Below are positions 9,591 through 20,513 of a stretch of 64,000 nt of DNA, one piece after another (position 1 is the stretch's first letter; every line of letters begins with the position of its first letter). The position numbers and the translations under genes are program-made. The notes under the pieces are model-generated. The model was given only the letters and a program-made list of their open reading frames with translations. It searched no databases and was not told the origin of the DNA. Source of the DNA: an uncultured bacterium (GTDB lineage: Bacteria; Patescibacteriota; Saccharimonadia; UBA4664); the NCBI GenBank assembly GCA_963740635.1, contig CAVUEQ010000001.1:740840-804839 (forward strand). Direction: 5' to 3'.

Positions 9591-10010
9591 TTAGCCGGCG
9601 CCGCTTCCGGTCCGTTCGGCGCGCGGCTGCTGGAGGGTCCAGTGGTTGCCGTCCGGGTCGTGGAGCTCGGCGTGGAGCACGCCCCAGGGCATCATGGCCG
9701 GCTTCTCGATATGCACACCCTTGGCCTTGAGCTGCTCGTAGGCCGCCTGCGCGTCCTTCACTACCAGCAGGATGGCGTCGATCGAGCCCGGCTTCATGTC
9801 AGTGATGCCCTGGCCAATGGTGATCGAGCAGGCCGATCCCGGCGGCGTGAGCTGGATGAACCGCCGGCCGTCTTCGATCGTCGCGTCCATGTCGGCATGG
9901 AAGCCCATCTTTTCGGTGTAAAATTCCTTGGCCCGGTCAACGTCCGACACCGGGACCGATACCAGCTCAAGTTTCATTTCCATGCGGGTGCTCCTGTTTG
10001 ACTCGTGCAA
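9591..10010 (-). CDS. VOC / glyoxalase-bleomycin resistance family protein. True start probably MEMKLELV or MKLELV near 9975-9983.
   Basis: VSVPVSDVDRAKEFYTEKMGFH ... PWGVLHAELHDPDGNHW is a typical glyoxalase-fold signature. Confidence 0.7.
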   Translation of the reverse strand: MHESNRSTRMEMKLELVSVPVSDVDRAKEFYTEKMGFHADMDATIEDGRRFIQLTPPGSACSITIGQGITDMKPGSIDAILLVVKDAQAAYEQLKAKGVHIEKPAMMPWGVLHAELHDPDGNHWTLQQPRAERTGSGAG

Positions 10011-10060
10011 TTATCGCGCACCCGAGCCACGTTTGTCGTTGTGCAAGCTTACAGCTGGGG

Positions 10061-10531
10061 TTAGCCGACTAGGGGAAAATTGACCGGGCGTTTGAGATTG
10101 CTCACGTACAATGCGATCCAGCCGGCGTGATCGAACGCGATTTGATCCTCCTGGGGCAGCTGGTCCGGCTCAAACCACTGGATGCCGTCGGACTCCCAGT
10201 CGGGCTGGCCCGTTCGCTCGGTGGCTTCGGCGAAGTATTGGAAGCCGACGTTTTGACGGTCGTCGCTGCCGCGGACGGGGTTGCTAACGATTTGCGCTAG
10301 CACCAGGTTTTTGACCCTCCAGCCGGTCTCTTCGTGGATTTCGCGCTGGATAGCCTGCTCGATGGTTTCGTCGCGGTCGACAAACCCGCCCGGCAGGCAC
10401 CATTTGCCGCCGTCGCGCAGGGCGGGATGGCGCTTCACGAGCAGTATTTTGCCGCCTTTGTGCACAACAGCGTTGGTGGTGACGTGGCGCAACGACGCCT
10501 CATTTCCGTTCTCGAATCGACAATCAATCAT
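10061..10531 (-). CDS. NUDIX hydrolase. True start is the internal Met MIDCRF; the longer track ORF overlaps the upstream permease.
   Basis: Nudix box GGFVDRDETIEQAIQREIHEETG. Confidence 0.8.
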   Translation of the reverse strand: MIDCRFENGNEASLRHVTTNAVVHKGGKILLVKRHPALRDGGKWCLPGGFVDRDETIEQAIQREIHEETGWRVKNLVLAQIVSNPVRGSDDRQNVGFQYFAEATERTGQPDWESDGIQWFEPDQLPQEDQIAFDHAGWIALYVSNLKRPVNFPLVG

Positions 10532-11733
10532 GCCTTGGGCCCGATGCCAAATAGTTCGCGGGGAGTGATTTTGCGGGTGTACTGCAGGCTGCCGTAGCGG
10601 AAACTTGTAACGGCAATGGCGAGGGCGGCCGCGGCGCTGGCCATTACCACAATAATGCCGAGGGTGGCCTCGAAGGGGCTGAGGTTGCCGACGGCGTTGC
10701 GGATCAGCAAGGTGAGGGGGGCAAAGGTCGGGAAGAAGGTGAAGAATTTGACGATGGGTTGGTCCGGGGTGGTGACGATGGCGGCCGCGGCATACAGCGG
10801 GACAAGCATCGACAGCATGCCCATGCCGAAGAACCGGTTGGCTTCCTTGGCGGTGGGCATGGCGGCGCCGATAGCCACCAGTATGCCGGTAAACACCAGG
10901 AATCCGCCGGCGAAGACCAGTGCGCCGACCAACATTTGCCAAGGATCAAATACGATGCTCCGGAGATCGATGGTTTGGCGGTATTTGGCATAGGCGAGGA
11001 GGATCGGCACTAGGATGGCGAGGATTTGGACGAAACCGACGCCGATCATGGCCACGATTTTGCCGATTATGAGGGAGGTCGAAGACACAGTGGTGAGCAT
11101 GACCTCGATCACCCGGTTTTCTTTTTCTTTGGTGGTGGAGGATAACATTTGGTTGCCGAGTAACACCATGACCACAAACAATAGCACCGCGAAGGCGCCG
11201 GGAGCGATGATGCGGGAGACCGTGGCATTGACCTGGCGCCCGTCGGCGTAGGCGGTGAGGCTGGCGCTGGCCTGGCCCTTAACGATGGCAATTTTTTCCG
11301 GCGAGCCAATGCCAGCGACCACGCCCGAGTCGAGGAGTTGGGTGGCAGCGTTGGTGTACTGGCCGTCTTTGATGATGCCGACGTCGCGCGCGTAAACCTC
11401 GATAGAATGTTTCACGGGGTCCGACGGGTAGTAGAAGAAGGCGTCGACTTGCCCGGCTTTGACGGCCTCAATGCCGGCCTGCCGGGTGCCGGGGATCTGA
11501 GCTTTGGCGGCGCGCAACACGCCCGGCGGGATGAGCTTTGACTGGTCGAGTACCATGAGACTGAACTGCTCCTGACCAGCGCTGAGCTTGGCGCTGGCGG
11601 ATTTGCTCGAGTAAAACTCCAGAGCGAAGATGCCGGCCACAAGTAGCGGGATGGCCAGGGTGGTCACCCAGAAAGACTTGCGCCGGACGGTGCGGATAAA
11701 CTCAAAGCTGACCACGGTCCGCAGGTTATGCAT
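10528..11733 (-). CDS. ABC-2 type transporter permease (NatB-like). The start MHNLRTV overlaps the upstream ATPase stop (ATGCATAA).
   Basis: N-terminal TM, large extracytoplasmic loop, then 5 C-terminal TMs. Translationally coupled to the ABC ATPase. Confidence 0.75.
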   Translation of the reverse strand: MHNLRTVVSFEFIRTVRRKSFWVTTLAIPLLVAGIFALEFYSSKSASAKLSAGQEQFSLMVLDQSKLIPPGVLRAAKAQIPGTRQAGIEAVKAGQVDAFFYYPSDPVKHSIEVYARDVGIIKDGQYTNAATQLLDSGVVAGIGSPEKIAIVKGQASASLTAYADGRQVNATVSRIIAPGAFAVLLFVVMVLLGNQMLSSTTKEKENRVIEVMLTTVSSTSLIIGKIVAMIGVGFVQILAILVPILLAYAKYRQTIDLRSIVFDPWQMLVGALVFAGGFLVFTGILVAIGAAMPTAKEANRFFGMGMLSMLVPLYAAAAIVTTPDQPIVKFFTFFPTFAPLTLLIRNAVGNLSPFEATLGIIVVMASAAAALAIAVTSFRYGSLQYTRKITPRELFGIGPKA

Positions 11734-12688
11734 GGGCGGTCTCCGGTTGGCCGGCTTTGGTGCCGGCGTTTTCCGAATAGATGGCCACAAAAATATCGTC
11801 GAGTGAGGCCTGCTGCTCTTCGAACTGGGTAACGGACAGGCCACGGTGGCCGGCCAGCGCCTCAAAAACCTGCTGGGTGGTCACGCCGTCGCGCATGGAC
11901 AGAGTGGCGGTGCCGTGGTCCTGGGCGGCCACTTCGTAGAGGGCGGTGTGCGCCGGCAGTTTCCCACCAAAGCGCAGGGCGATGATTTTGGAGCCAAACT
12001 GGTTGCGGATATCGTTGACGGTGCCGTAGAGCCGGCGCTTGCCGTCCTTGAGCAGCGCCACCCGGTCGCACAAGCGCTCCACTTCCTCCATTTGGTGAGT
12101 CACCAGCACAGTCGTGGTGCCCTGCTTCGACAACTCCTCGAGCATGTCCACGAGCAGCCGGCGGTTGACGGGGTCGAAGCCTTTGGTGGGCTCGTCGAGG
12201 ATGAGCAGCTCCGGATTGTTCATGATGGTGACGCCGAGCTGGATTTTCTGCTGCTCGCCGCCGGAGAGGCGGTCCATGCGCGCGCCGGCCTTGTCGGGCA
12301 GGCCCACGCGCTCCAGATATTCAGCCGACCATTTGGCGACGGCCGCCGGGTTCATGCCCTTGAGGCGGCCGAAGTAAGTCATGCAGCTAGACACGGTTTC
12401 TTTTTGGTACAGCCCGCGCTCTTCGGGCAGGTATCCAAGGATGCCGGCCATTTTGGTGGTGTATTTCCGGCCGTTTACGAGCAGGGTGCCGCGGGTAGGT
12501 TGGTAAATGCCGAGTAATGCCCGCAGGGTGGTTGTCTTGCCGGAGCCATTTGAGCCCAAAAAACCGAAGGTTTCGCCCGGCTTCACGTCAAACGACAAGT
12601 CCTCAATGACGGTCTTGTCGCCAAAGCGCATCTGGAAATTGCGGATATCGATCGGGAGGGGATGCGGCATATCGGATTTATCATACAC
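11726..12688 (-). CDS. ABC transporter ATP-binding protein.
   Basis: Walker A GSNGSGKTTT, signature LSGGEQQK, Walker B LILDEPT. Confidence 0.9.
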   Translation of the reverse strand: MYDKSDMPHPLPIDIRNFQMRFGDKTVIEDLSFDVKPGETFGFLGSNGSGKTTTLRALLGIYQPTRGTLLVNGRKYTTKMAGILGYLPEERGLYQKETVSSCMTYFGRLKGMNPAAVAKWSAEYLERVGLPDKAGARMDRLSGGEQQKIQLGVTIMNNPELLILDEPTKGFDPVNRRLLVDMLEELSKQGTTTVLVTHQMEEVERLCDRVALLKDGKRRLYGTVNDIRNQFGSKIIALRFGGKLPAHTALYEVAAQDHGTATLSMRDGVTTQQVFEALAGHRGLSVTQFEEQQASLDDIFVAIYSENAGTKAGQPETAHA

Positions 12689-12699
12689 CCGCGTGCCGA

Positions 12700-13014
12700 T
12701 TATGCGGCGGCCGATTGCTGATGTGAGTTAGGACTGGCCATGTGACCCCGCAACAGACGCTGAGTCCGCAGTGACCTGCGATCCACCCGGTCCAGACGCT
12801 GACTTTCGCCCCGTGCATCACCCTCAAGCATTTCGCGCAATTGGCGGATGTCTGTCTTGAGCTCCGTCTTCATGTCCGCCATTTCGGTCCGCAATTCTGT
12901 CCGTAGAGCGGTCATTTCTGACCGCAATGAACTTTCGGATGCACCAACCGCGCCCTCGACGACGTCTGCTACGATTCCTCGGATTTGGTTGAGGTCATTA
13001 GGCGTAAGCGACAT
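12700..13014 (-). CDS. Hypothetical coiled-coil protein, immediately upstream of the ABC operon.
   Basis: 104 aa with heptad-like charged repeats (TALRTELRTEMADMKTELKTDIRQLREMLEG). No homology recognised. Confidence 0.4.
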   Translation of the reverse strand: MSLTPNDLNQIRGIVADVVEGAVGASESSLRSEMTALRTELRTEMADMKTELKTDIRQLREMLEGDARGESQRLDRVDRRSLRTQRLLRGHMASPNSHQQSAAA

Positions 13015-13128
13015 GCTAGTTCCTGTTACTTATCCAGTGTAAACTCCACCTCGGGTACATTATAGCGAACAAAATGCGAACAGACAAAATTAACGCCTCG
13101 CCTTGAAGCGTTTGGGAGGACCTCCAGG

Positions 13129-13368
13129 CTAGTGAATCGCGTGTAGCAAACGCAATATGCCGATGGTCTCATTGCCGGCAAGGTGCCTCGCGATTGTGAT
13201 GTCAGTCAAACCCTGGGGATCCTGTCCGATGAGATAGACTGGCGCGTAGCCCTTTTTGGCGGCCGTGGGGCTGATCCAGAATCGCGCGAATACATTGTCT
13301 CGTCCTCGAAAAAGCGAGCGAAACAGGCTTACTTTGGCTTTGTTGGTCGCCTCGTGCTCCCCCACCAA
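13129..13368 (-). CDS. Short hypothetical ORF, possibly a gene remnant, within a lower-GC islet.
   Basis: 79-aa ORF abutting the Fic gene. No recognisable domain. Confidence 0.25.
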   Translation of the reverse strand: MVGEHEATNKAKVSLFRSLFRGRDNVFARFWISPTAAKKGYAPVYLIGQDPQGLTDITIARHLAGNETIGILRLLHAIH

Positions 13369-13372
13369 ACTC

Positions 13373-14470
13373 TTATCCTAGCCGCCGCTTGATCTCTGCC
13401 AGGGTTTGACGCTGGTCAGTCTGCAGGCGACGGATTTCTTTGGCCCGACCGATCATGGTGAGTTCATAGAGTTGGTATCCGCCGGGGGTATGCGAGGCCA
13501 CCTCAAGCAGGCCTTCACGGGTCCAGTGGCGAAGAGTCGGGACGGTCTCCTCGGTATCCTTAGCCAATTCGCCAATCTTGAGGAGTTTGGCGGCACCGGC
13601 ACCGGGGCTTGCAAGAGATGGCCCGCCGACTGATTCAAGGTAAATGTCGAGAGAGCGATCGATGGAAGCATAGATGCAATCATAATACCCGTCCATCGGG
13701 CCGCCGGTCTGGGCGGTTTCAAGTGAAGTAATATAGGTGCTCCGATCCTCTGGACGGAGGATGGCAGCGGGGTAGCCTGTCTGCATGAGGAGTAGATTCA
13801 TGAGGAGTCTGGCGGTTCGCCCGTTACCGTCGACAAACGGGTGGATACTGACTAGCCTGAAGTGAGCATCAGCCGCGATCTTTGCGGGATGATCAGAGTT
13901 CTCTGATTTCAGCCATGTGGCAAATGCAGCCATGAGGTCTGGTACCTTTAGGTAGTTTGGCATTACGGCCCGGCTACCGGCGATTCGCACCGGGACGCTT
14001 CTGTAGCGCCCGGCGTTTACGTCAGCAGTGCCGCCTAGGATTCTCTCATGTAACGAAAGTATGAGGTCCTCTGTGATATCTGTGCGATCCCCACCGACAA
14101 ATTGCTCGATATAGTCAAATGCCCGAGCATGGCCAGCAGCTTCCATAACTTCTTTGAGCGTTTTGCCCTCAATGCCAAGCCCCTTGTCTACCACCAGTGC
14201 CGTTTCCTGGCGCGTTAGGGTGTTGCCCTCGATGGCGTTCGAAGTGTAGGTCAGCTCAACACGAAACCACTCCCGAAGATTATTGATCAGCTCGGGGGCG
14301 AGGGGCTGAAACTGATCCAGCGATTGTTTCTTGCGACTGATGTTGGCTAGAATTGTATACATAGTATGCAGTGTAACGTCACGCTTTACGGTTGTCAAGA
14401 TGCCCACATACTCCGTGAAGTTTGCGTCAATGTCTGCCTTGCCCGACGAACGAACCGTCGGAGGTCCCAC
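13373..14470 (-). CDS. Fic/Doc family protein (class II Fic with intramolecular inhibitory motif) fused to a C-terminal MerR-like HTH.
   Basis: Canonical Fic motif HPFVDGNGRTARLL. Inhibitory [S/T]xxxE[G/N] motif TSNAIEGN near the N-terminus. C-terminal LKIGELAKDTEETVPTLRHWTREGLL...LAEIKRRL resembles a MerR HTH. Locus is about 55% GC. Confidence 0.8.
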   Translation of the reverse strand: MGPPTVRSSGKADIDANFTEYVGILTTVKRDVTLHTMYTILANISRKKQSLDQFQPLAPELINNLREWFRVELTYTSNAIEGNTLTRQETALVVDKGLGIEGKTLKEVMEAAGHARAFDYIEQFVGGDRTDITEDLILSLHERILGGTADVNAGRYRSVPVRIAGSRAVMPNYLKVPDLMAAFATWLKSENSDHPAKIAADAHFRLVSIHPFVDGNGRTARLLMNLLLMQTGYPAAILRPEDRSTYITSLETAQTGGPMDGYYDCIYASIDRSLDIYLESVGGPSLASPGAGAAKLLKIGELAKDTEETVPTLRHWTREGLLEVASHTPGGYQLYELTMIGRAKEIRRLQTDQRQTLAEIKRRLG

Positions 14471-14496
14471 TCGTTAGGGCTTAAGCGAGGAATTCG

Positions 14497-14570
14497 AGCT
14501 ATAGAACCCAAAGGGGATTCGAACCCCTGGTTTTTCCTGTGTCAAAGCCATTAACCCCAAATAACTCTCG
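14497..14570 (-). other. tRNA-like fragment (T-arm plus 3' acceptor strand), not a complete canonical tRNA.
   Basis: Minus-strand sequence contains AGGGGTTCGAATCCCCT (perfect T-stem-loop) followed by TTGGGTTC, but no complementary 5' acceptor strand could be found. Confidence 0.35.
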
Positions 14571-14622
14571 CTCCTTCGAAAGACTGAGGGCCATTTTTGG
14601 CTTGTGGTAGCGAATGTCTAAA

Positions 14623-14699
14623 TGGTGGAGCTGGAGGGATTCGAACCCTCGACCTCTGCAATGCGAATGCAGCGCTCTAGCCAGCTGAGCTACAGCCCC
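14623..14699 (-). tRNA. tRNA-Ala (anticodon CGC), CCA encoded.
   Basis: Reverse complement GGGGCTGTAGCTCAGCTGGCTAGAGCGCTGCATTCGCATTGCAGAGGTCGAGGGTTCGAATCCCTCCAGCTCCACCA. Anticodon loop TT-CGC-AT. G3:U70. Confidence 0.85.
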
Positions 14700-14736
14700 A
14701 CGGACTGATACATTGTGCCTGTTTGAGCGGTGGGCG

Positions 14737-16578
<1,842 letters not shown>

Positions 16579-16624
16579 TTTTGGCTTATGCTTGGCAAAT
16601 AAATTGGGCGGGTCTGTTCAGGAT

Positions 16625-17914
16625 TTAGCCGAGCCAGGCGAGTTCGGCGTCGCCGATGCGGATGGTGTCGCCGTCCTGGGCGCCTTGGCGCATCAGCTCG
16701 CGGCGGACGCCGGTTTTGGCCAGGATGTCGCGGAGGCGGCGGACGGCGTCGTCTTGTTCGAAGTTGGTGCGGCGGGCGAAGCCTTCGATGCGCTCGCCCG
16801 TCACGCGCCAGACGCCGGCGCCTTCCGGGGCCACGCGCCAGAAATCAGGGAGGTCAACGGCTTCGATCACGGGCACGGCGGCCTCGGCGAGCTCGGCCTC
16901 GCGCTTGGCGCGGGCGGTTTTAACGAGCTTGGCGGCGGCGCGCAGGACATCGGCCAGGCCCTGGTGGGCGACGGCGGAGATGGTGAAGATAGGGGTTTTG
17001 CCGGCGGCACGCCCCGGCGCACCTTCGGCTTTTTTGACGGCGGACACGGTCGCCTTGAGCGCTTTGGCGTCGACGGTGTCAGCCTTGGTAATGACAATGA
17101 GCTGCGGCTTTGCGGAGAGGTCCACCTGGTACTGCGCCAGCTCGGCCTGGATGGTGCGGTAATCGGCGGCGGGGTCGGGCGAGCCGGCGTCCACCAGGTG
17201 CAGGAGCACGGCGGTGCGCTCGATGTGGCGCAGGAAGTCGTCGCCGAGACCTTTGCCCTCACTGGCGCCTTCGATGAGGCCGGGAATGTCGGCCACCAGG
17301 AAGCCGAAGTCGTCAATGTCGACCACGCCCAGGTTGGGCACGAGGGTGGTGAACGGATAATCGGCGATCTCGGGCTTGGCGGAGGATATCACCGACAGCA
17401 GCGTGGATTTGCCGGCGTTGGGCAGGCCCACCAGGCCGACGTCGGCGACCATCTTGAGCTCGAGGCGCAGGCCGTGGGTTTCGCCTGGTTCGCCGAGCTC
17501 AGCGTTGCGCGGCGATTGGCGGGTGCTGGACTTGAAGTGTGCGTTGCCGAAGCCGCCGCGGCCGCCGCGCGCGATCACGGCCTCGTCGGCGGGGCCGGTG
17601 AGGTCGGCGAGCAGCTTTTCGTCTTCCCAGAGCTGCGTACCCTGCGGCACTTTCACCACCGCGTCGGCGCCGTGTTTGCCGTGCATGCGGTTGCCGCCGC
17701 CGGGCGCGCCGGCCTCGGCCCGGATGGTTTTGGCGTTGCGGTAGGCGGCGAGGGTGTTGAGGTTGTGGTCCACGCGCACAATCACGTCGCCGCCGCGGCC
17801 GCCGTCGCCGCCGTCGGGGCCGCCCAGGGCCCGGTATTTCTCATGCCGAAAACTAGAGCGGCCATCGCCGCCCTTCCCCGCGCGTACTTCAATTGTGGCT
17901 GTGTCTACAAACAT
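16625..17914 (-). CDS. obg: GTPase Obg (ObgE/CgtA).
   Basis: Gly-rich Obg fold (GGDGGRGGDVIV). G1 GLPNAGKSTLL. C-terminal OCT/TGS-like domain. Confidence 0.9.
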   Translation of the reverse strand: MFVDTATIEVRAGKGGDGRSSFRHEKYRALGGPDGGDGGRGGDVIVRVDHNLNTLAAYRNAKTIRAEAGAPGGGNRMHGKHGADAVVKVPQGTQLWEDEKLLADLTGPADEAVIARGGRGGFGNAHFKSSTRQSPRNAELGEPGETHGLRLELKMVADVGLVGLPNAGKSTLLSVISSAKPEIADYPFTTLVPNLGVVDIDDFGFLVADIPGLIEGASEGKGLGDDFLRHIERTAVLLHLVDAGSPDPAADYRTIQAELAQYQVDLSAKPQLIVITKADTVDAKALKATVSAVKKAEGAPGRAAGKTPIFTISAVAHQGLADVLRAAAKLVKTARAKREAELAEAAVPVIEAVDLPDFWRVAPEGAGVWRVTGERIEGFARRTNFEQDDAVRRLRDILAKTGVRRELMRQGAQDGDTIRIGDAELAWLG

Positions 17915-18006
17915 TACTACCGCTTAGTATACCAACTCTTGCTTTTTAATACTAGTTATGTTAATATATTCATGTCTCGCACACCTACAATTCCCAGGGG
18001 GACCCA

Positions 18007-18363
18007 ATGACTGAGACCGCAATACCAGCCGGCTACGTCAGCCTCGAGCAACTGCTCGAAGAACTTCGGACCTTCGGGTTCGAACGGCAGATGGTCATGG
18101 AGCTGGTGACCGGACCGGCCACGCCGTACTACCGTAATGGCTTCGGACCGACGCACGACGAAGCGCTGTTTGCGATCCTCAGGGCCGCCAAGGTTCTGAA
18201 CGACCGCTTCGGCCCTGCTCGCGTCCTGAAGGTTTTCTACCACCGGAAAGGCTCAACCACCGGCCTGACGATGGCGGACCTGGTGAAGAGCCGGGAATTC
18301 GCGACGTTGACCGATCACATCGATATGACCCGCGAGGGCATCGGCATGTACGCTCGGGAGTGA
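18007..18363 (+). CDS. Hypothetical protein.
   Basis: 118-aa ORF with an SD (agggggac) 6 nt upstream of ATG. No domain recognised. Confidence 0.4.
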   Translation: MTETAIPAGYVSLEQLLEELRTFGFERQMVMELVTGPATPYYRNGFGPTHDEALFAILRAAKVLNDRFGPARVLKVFYHRKGSTTGLTMADLVKSREFATLTDHIDMTREGIGMYARE

Positions 18364-18500
18364 TGTGCGGGCAACCCCGCGGCTGGTTGAGCGCTGAAGC
18401 GCTGACTGGCCGCGGGACCCACGGAATTATTTGACCTGCCTTCTAATGGGTAGGTCATTTTGTTCTCCCAAGTGGGTACTAATTTCGGTACGTATGGCTT

Positions 18501-18570
18501 TTTTTATATCATATATGGGTTCAGCGCGATACCATATATGGTATAGAAAGTCAGATACATCGTAAGGGAT
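18501..18570. repeat. Conserved about 70-bp AT-rich palindromic intergenic element, copy 1 of 2 (family with the CCATATATGG palindrome).
   Basis: TTTTTATATCATATATGGGTTCAGCGCGATACCATATATGGTATAGAAAGTCAGATACATCGTAAGGGA. Copy 2 at about 40496-40567 shares about 80% identity. Contains the perfect palindrome TACCATATATGGTA. Confidence 0.6.
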
Positions 18571-18587
18571 AGTGCCGGGTGGTGCGG

Positions 18588-19775
18588 CTAGTAAATGTAG
18601 CGGAAGGTGCCGGCCGGGACGGTGCGGTGGCTGACGCGGTCCCAGCCGCCGTTGTAGTTCATTTCCGAAACGGTCACCATGCCGCCGGAGACGCCCTCAA
18701 CGTAGGCCACGTGGCCGTAGTAGCCGGCGCCGGTCCAGGCGATGGCGCCCGGCACGGGCGTGTAGCCGACTGAGAAGCCGGAGGCTTGGGCGTTGTAGTA
18801 CCAGGCGTTGGCGTTGCCCCAGTTGCTGGGGACGTTGCGGCGGGAGGCCACGTAGTAGGTGCAATAACCGAAGGCGTAGCCGTTGCCGGAGTAGCTGAAG
18901 TGGGTGAGCGACGGTGCGGAGGTGTAGGCGCCGGCGACACGGCTGTAGCTGGTGGTGACGGGGGCGGGTTTGGGTGCGTCCTGCTTGACGCCGTCGGGGA
19001 CGATGATTTTCATGCCGGGCACGAGGCCTTTGACTTCGGCGTTATTGAACGACAGGATTTGGGCGGCGTTGGCGCTGAAGGCCCCGGCAATGGAGTCGGC
19101 GGTATCACCGGCCTGCACCGTATAGAGCAGGCCCGAGACCGGCAGGATCGTGAGCACTTGGCCGGGCTTCACCATGTCGACGTCGTCGAGGTTGTTGGCC
19201 CACTTGAGGGTGGCGCTGGTAATGTTGAACTTGCTGGCGATACCCGACAGCGTGTCGCCCGGCTGGACGGCATATTGGGAGATGTCGCGGGTGGCGTTGC
19301 CGGCGGTTGAAACCACCTGGCGCTTGGCGAGTGAATTGTCGTCGGCGGTGAGGAGGGCGACCTGGCTGCTCTTGGTGGTGGCGGTCTTGGTGGCGTCGGC
19401 CTGGACCATCATCTGGTTCTTGTCGGCGATGTCGGCGGCGACTCCGGCGGTGGCAGCCGGGTCGAGTGAGGCGCCGATGCCGGCTTGGGAGGACATTAAG
19501 CGCACCGATACCGAGTGCGCCCGGTCGGGGCTGTTCCCGACTACCAGGAACGCGGCTGCCCCGATGAGCCCGAGATGGGCCAGGTAGCGCGGCCGGTAGT
19601 GGCGGCGGATTATGGCGATGTCGAGTTTGCGGGCGGTCCGGCGGGTTCTGCTTGAGACCTGAGTTTTTATGTTCGAAATGGACTCTGGAGTGTCTCCGGT
19701 TCCCCGGGCCATGCGCCCGATGGGGAACTGATCAAGGGAGACACTGAGGGCATCTCTACTAATAATGTTCTCCAT
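18588..19775 (-). CDS. Peptidoglycan hydrolase: N-terminal TM, 2x LysM, C-terminal CHAP domain.
   Basis: LysM repeats (YAVQPGDTLSGIASKF..., YTVQAGDTADSIAGAF...). CHAP Cys (GYCTYYVA) and His (GHVAYVE). Confidence 0.8.
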   Translation of the reverse strand: MENIISRDALSVSLDQFPIGRMARGTGDTPESISNIKTQVSSRTRRTARKLDIAIIRRHYRPRYLAHLGLIGAAAFLVVGNSPDRAHSVSVRLMSSQAGIGASLDPAATAGVAADIADKNQMMVQADATKTATTKSSQVALLTADDNSLAKRQVVSTAGNATRDISQYAVQPGDTLSGIASKFNITSATLKWANNLDDVDMVKPGQVLTILPVSGLLYTVQAGDTADSIAGAFSANAAQILSFNNAEVKGLVPGMKIIVPDGVKQDAPKPAPVTTSYSRVAGAYTSAPSLTHFSYSGNGYAFGYCTYYVASRRNVPSNWGNANAWYYNAQASGFSVGYTPVPGAIAWTGAGYYGHVAYVEGVSGGMVTVSEMNYNGGWDRVSHRTVPAGTFRYIY

Positions 19776-19869
19776 CCCGTGAGTGCTATTACGCTCACGC
19801 TTATCTGTGTACTTTCGTAGTCTAATTCTGGTACGCCATAGGTGTCAAACGGGTTTCCAGGAGGAAATA

Positions 19870-19977
19870 ATGTCGAAGAACAGTGCAAAAGGTGAGCCCA
19901 TTTTTGTGACACTGACCGGTAGCACAGGTTTGGTATATGTCAAATCCGAGGCTGGAAAATGGTTGGCTTGGCCCTAA
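19870..19977 (+). CDS. Small ORF (35 aa) with a strong Shine-Dalgarno sequence.
   Basis: AGGAGG followed by aaataATG. Peptide MSKNSAKGEPIFVTLTGSTGLVYVKSEAGKWLAWP. Confidence 0.35.
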   Translation: MSKNSAKGEPIFVTLTGSTGLVYVKSEAGKWLAWP

Positions 19978-20068
19978 GCAGTACGGTAGTGTGCTGAATT
20001 TTGGTTAATTCCCCTAAAAGGCTGGTATGTCGCCCTCTATCTGCCTGTCGGCCAGTCTCTACTTAGAA

Positions 20069-20108
20069 ATTACTCCCCATTTGGTATGCCACCCAAAAAG
20101 GGAGTAAT
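20069..20108. promoter_or_regulatory. 9-bp perfect inverted repeat ATTACTCCC...GGGAGTAAT overlapping the PadR SD and abutting its start codon. Candidate operator or RBS-sequestering hairpin.
   Basis: attactccccatttggtatgccacccaaaaagggagtaatATG. Confidence 0.4.
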
Positions 20109-20513
20109 ATGCCGCCCATTAATACTCCCTCTCCATTTGATGAGCTCCCGAAGCCGCTGCGACCGGCGATTTTCTACATTCTTCTAGCCTTAGTGCGAGG
20201 TGCTTCGCACGGATATGTCCTGAAAAATGTGGCCCGAAATGATTCGTTTGGGAGCGTCAAGATCCCGGTAGGTAAACTTTATGATTTACTGATGACAATG
20301 TTTGAAGATGATCTCATTGAGCTTGCTGGAGACCGACCTGCGGGTAAATCGGGCATTCTCCGCACGCATTACCGGATATCGCAATACGGGACGATCCGCT
20401 TAAAAGAAGAGTTAGTCCGAATGGCTCATGCAGCCAAGATCGGCGAGGCAGCCGGTTTGCTAGATGACCAAATGCCGCTCGACCTCCAGCGTCTGAAGAT
20501 GGGACGCCTATAG
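20109..20513 (+). CDS. PadR-family transcriptional regulator.
   Basis: ILLALVRGASHGYVLKNV...GKLYDLL is a PadR winged-helix signature. Confidence 0.7.
   Translation: MPPINTPSPFDELPKPLRPAIFYILLALVRGASHGYVLKNVARNDSFGSVKIPVGKLYDLLMTMFEDDLIELAGDRPAGKSGILRTHYRISQYGTIRLKEELVRMAHAAKIGEAAGLLDDQMPLDLQRLKMGRL

Noticed and set aside
10061-10942. 293-aa track ORF for the NUDIX gene.
   Set aside because: The N-terminal 137 aa are Arg/His/Pro-rich antisense overlap with the permease gene. The Nudix domain starts at the internal Met (10531).
14497-14570. Considered calling a third complete tRNA here.
   Set aside because: The T-arm is perfect, but no 5' acceptor strand, D-arm or anticodon arm could be paired. 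Reported as a fragment only.
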